This document shows positions 47,866 through 48,963 of a DNA stretch of 48,963 nt, one piece after another. The notes beneath the pieces were generated by a model that saw nothing but the letters and a program-made list of their open reading frames with translations, had not been told where the DNA came from and made no database searches. Origin of the DNA: Candidatus Latescibacterota bacterium (GTDB taxonomy: Bacteria > Latescibacterota > UBA2968 > GCA-2709665); NCBI GenBank assembly GCA_963662665.2, contig CAXXJS010000001.1:1-48963 (forward strand). Direction: 5' to 3'. Within the stretch, counting starts at the first letter, position 1. Every line of letters begins with the position of its first letter. A program made the translations under genes and the position numbers.

Positions 47866-48963
47866 ATGGCGGAAATCAGGGCGTTTCGTGGAATTCGGTA
47901 CGCGTTGGACAGGATAGGCAGCGTTGGGGACGTGGTCGCGCCGCCTTATGACGTGATTGACGCGTCGATGCAACGGGCGCTCTATGACTTGCACCCCAAC
48001 AACATCGTACGAATTATTCAGGGTGTTGAAAATGCAGGAGATTCGGCCGACGAGAACTGTTACACCCGGGCTGCGGAGGCATATCGAAGTTGGCAGGAAA
48101 AGGGCGTCTTCGTCCGGGACCGGGAAGAGGGGATCTATCTCTACGCACAGGATTTCGATGTCGTCACCCCGGACGGAACAGAGAATAAGACGAGGTTGGG
48201 GATCGTGGCGCTGGTGCGGGCGGATACGCTGGGAGAAGGCACGATTCTGCCGCATGAGAATACCATGCCGGGACCCAGGGCGGACCGGCTGGCGCTGATG
48301 CGTCACACCCACGCGGCCTTTGGCCAGATATTCTCGTTGTACTCCGACCCCGCTGGGTGCGTGCGGAATATCGTGGCGCCTGTCCTGGATGACGCCCCGC
48401 TATTTGCATTCACGGGCAAAGACGGCGTTGGCCACAGATTCTGGCACGTGACGGATCAGACTATGGTAGATGGCGTGGCCTGCGCGCTGAAAGACAAGCC
48501 GTTCTTCATTGCGGACGGACACCACCGGTACGAGACCGCTGTGGTCTACCGGGATGAACGCGCGGCAGCCGATGGCGAGGATTGGCAGGGGAAGCCCTAT
48601 GGGTACCGGATGCAGACCCTCGTGAACATGGACGATACGGACGGAATGGCCATTAATGCGATCCACCGGGTGGTCCTGGATCTGGGAGCTGGCGGAGTCG
48701 GAAGACTCATTGAGGGACTGGCGGGACTATTCGACGTGGAACGGGCGCCCTTCGAGGATACCGGATCGGTATTGCGGGAATTGAAACGTCGTGGCGGAGG
48801 CCGGGCCGTTTTCGGATTCTGTCACGGAGCCTGTTCCGATGTACACTTTCTTTCGCTCAAGAGCAGTGTGGATCCTTCCGACCTTGACGGAGGCGAACAT
48901 TCAGAGGCGTGGCGGGAGCTGGATACGGGACTGTTGCAACTGGCTCTCGGAAGGGTGCTGGAT
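47866..48963 (+). CDS. DUF1015 family protein, 3'-truncated by window edge (absent from the ORF track)
   Basis: Translated by hand: MAEIRAFRGIRY..VVAPPYDVID, ILPHENT, FIADGHHRYETA; SD GGAG. Confidence 0.9.
   Translation, partial: MAEIRAFRGIRYALDRIGSVGDVVAPPYDVIDASMQRALYDLHPNNIVRIIQGVENAGDSADENCYTRAAEAYRSWQEKGVFVRDREEGIYLYAQDFDVVTPDGTENKTRLGIVALVRADTLGEGTILPHENTMPGPRADRLALMRHTHAAFGQIFSLYSDPAGCVRNIVAPVLDDAPLFAFTGKDGVGHRFWHVTDQTMVDGVACALKDKPFFIADGHHRYETAVVYRDERAAADGEDWQGKPYGYRMQTLVNMDDTDGMAINAIHRVVLDLGAGGVGRLIEGLAGLFDVERAPFEDTGSVLRELKRRGGGRAVFGFCHGACSDVHFLSLKSSVDPSDLDGGEHSEAWRELDTGLLQLALGRVLD

Overview
GC-rich bacterial chromosome segment. The RpoB/RpoC signatures suggest an FCB-group lineage such as Latescibacterota or Gemmatimonadota (inference only). 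Bases 1-24.4 kb are one contiguous transcription/translation supercluster: rpoB (3' part), rpoC, str (rpsL-rpsG-fusA-tuf), S10, spc and alpha operons, with no adk/map/infA after secY. It runs without a gap into a GHL10 glycoside hydrolase and rlmD. The rest is mixed housekeeping and accessory genes: greA, a DapA-family lyase, a short adenylate kinase, a beta-propeller sensor fused to a PP2C phosphatase, a HAD-purL-folD unit, an aldo/keto reductase, a 61-aa orphan, ribokinase, bamD-nadD-orf88-zapA, a GT2, an MFS transporter, a D-2-hydroxyacid dehydrogenase and a DUF1015 gene cut by the window end. I found no rRNA, tRNA, CRISPR array or intact mobile element, and I cannot support a clearly new multi-gene system. 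Best leads: (1) a PurL of the animal/plant PFAS type next to an Acinetobacter-type FolD, with a MITE-like scar between them; (2) a ~340-nt structured promoter-to-terminator RNA ahead of bamD; (3) an orphan small protein with its own promoter and an anti-SD-rich leader; (4) S12 substitutions at streptomycin positions. RNA structures were read by eye, and family comparisons are from memory, not from searches.
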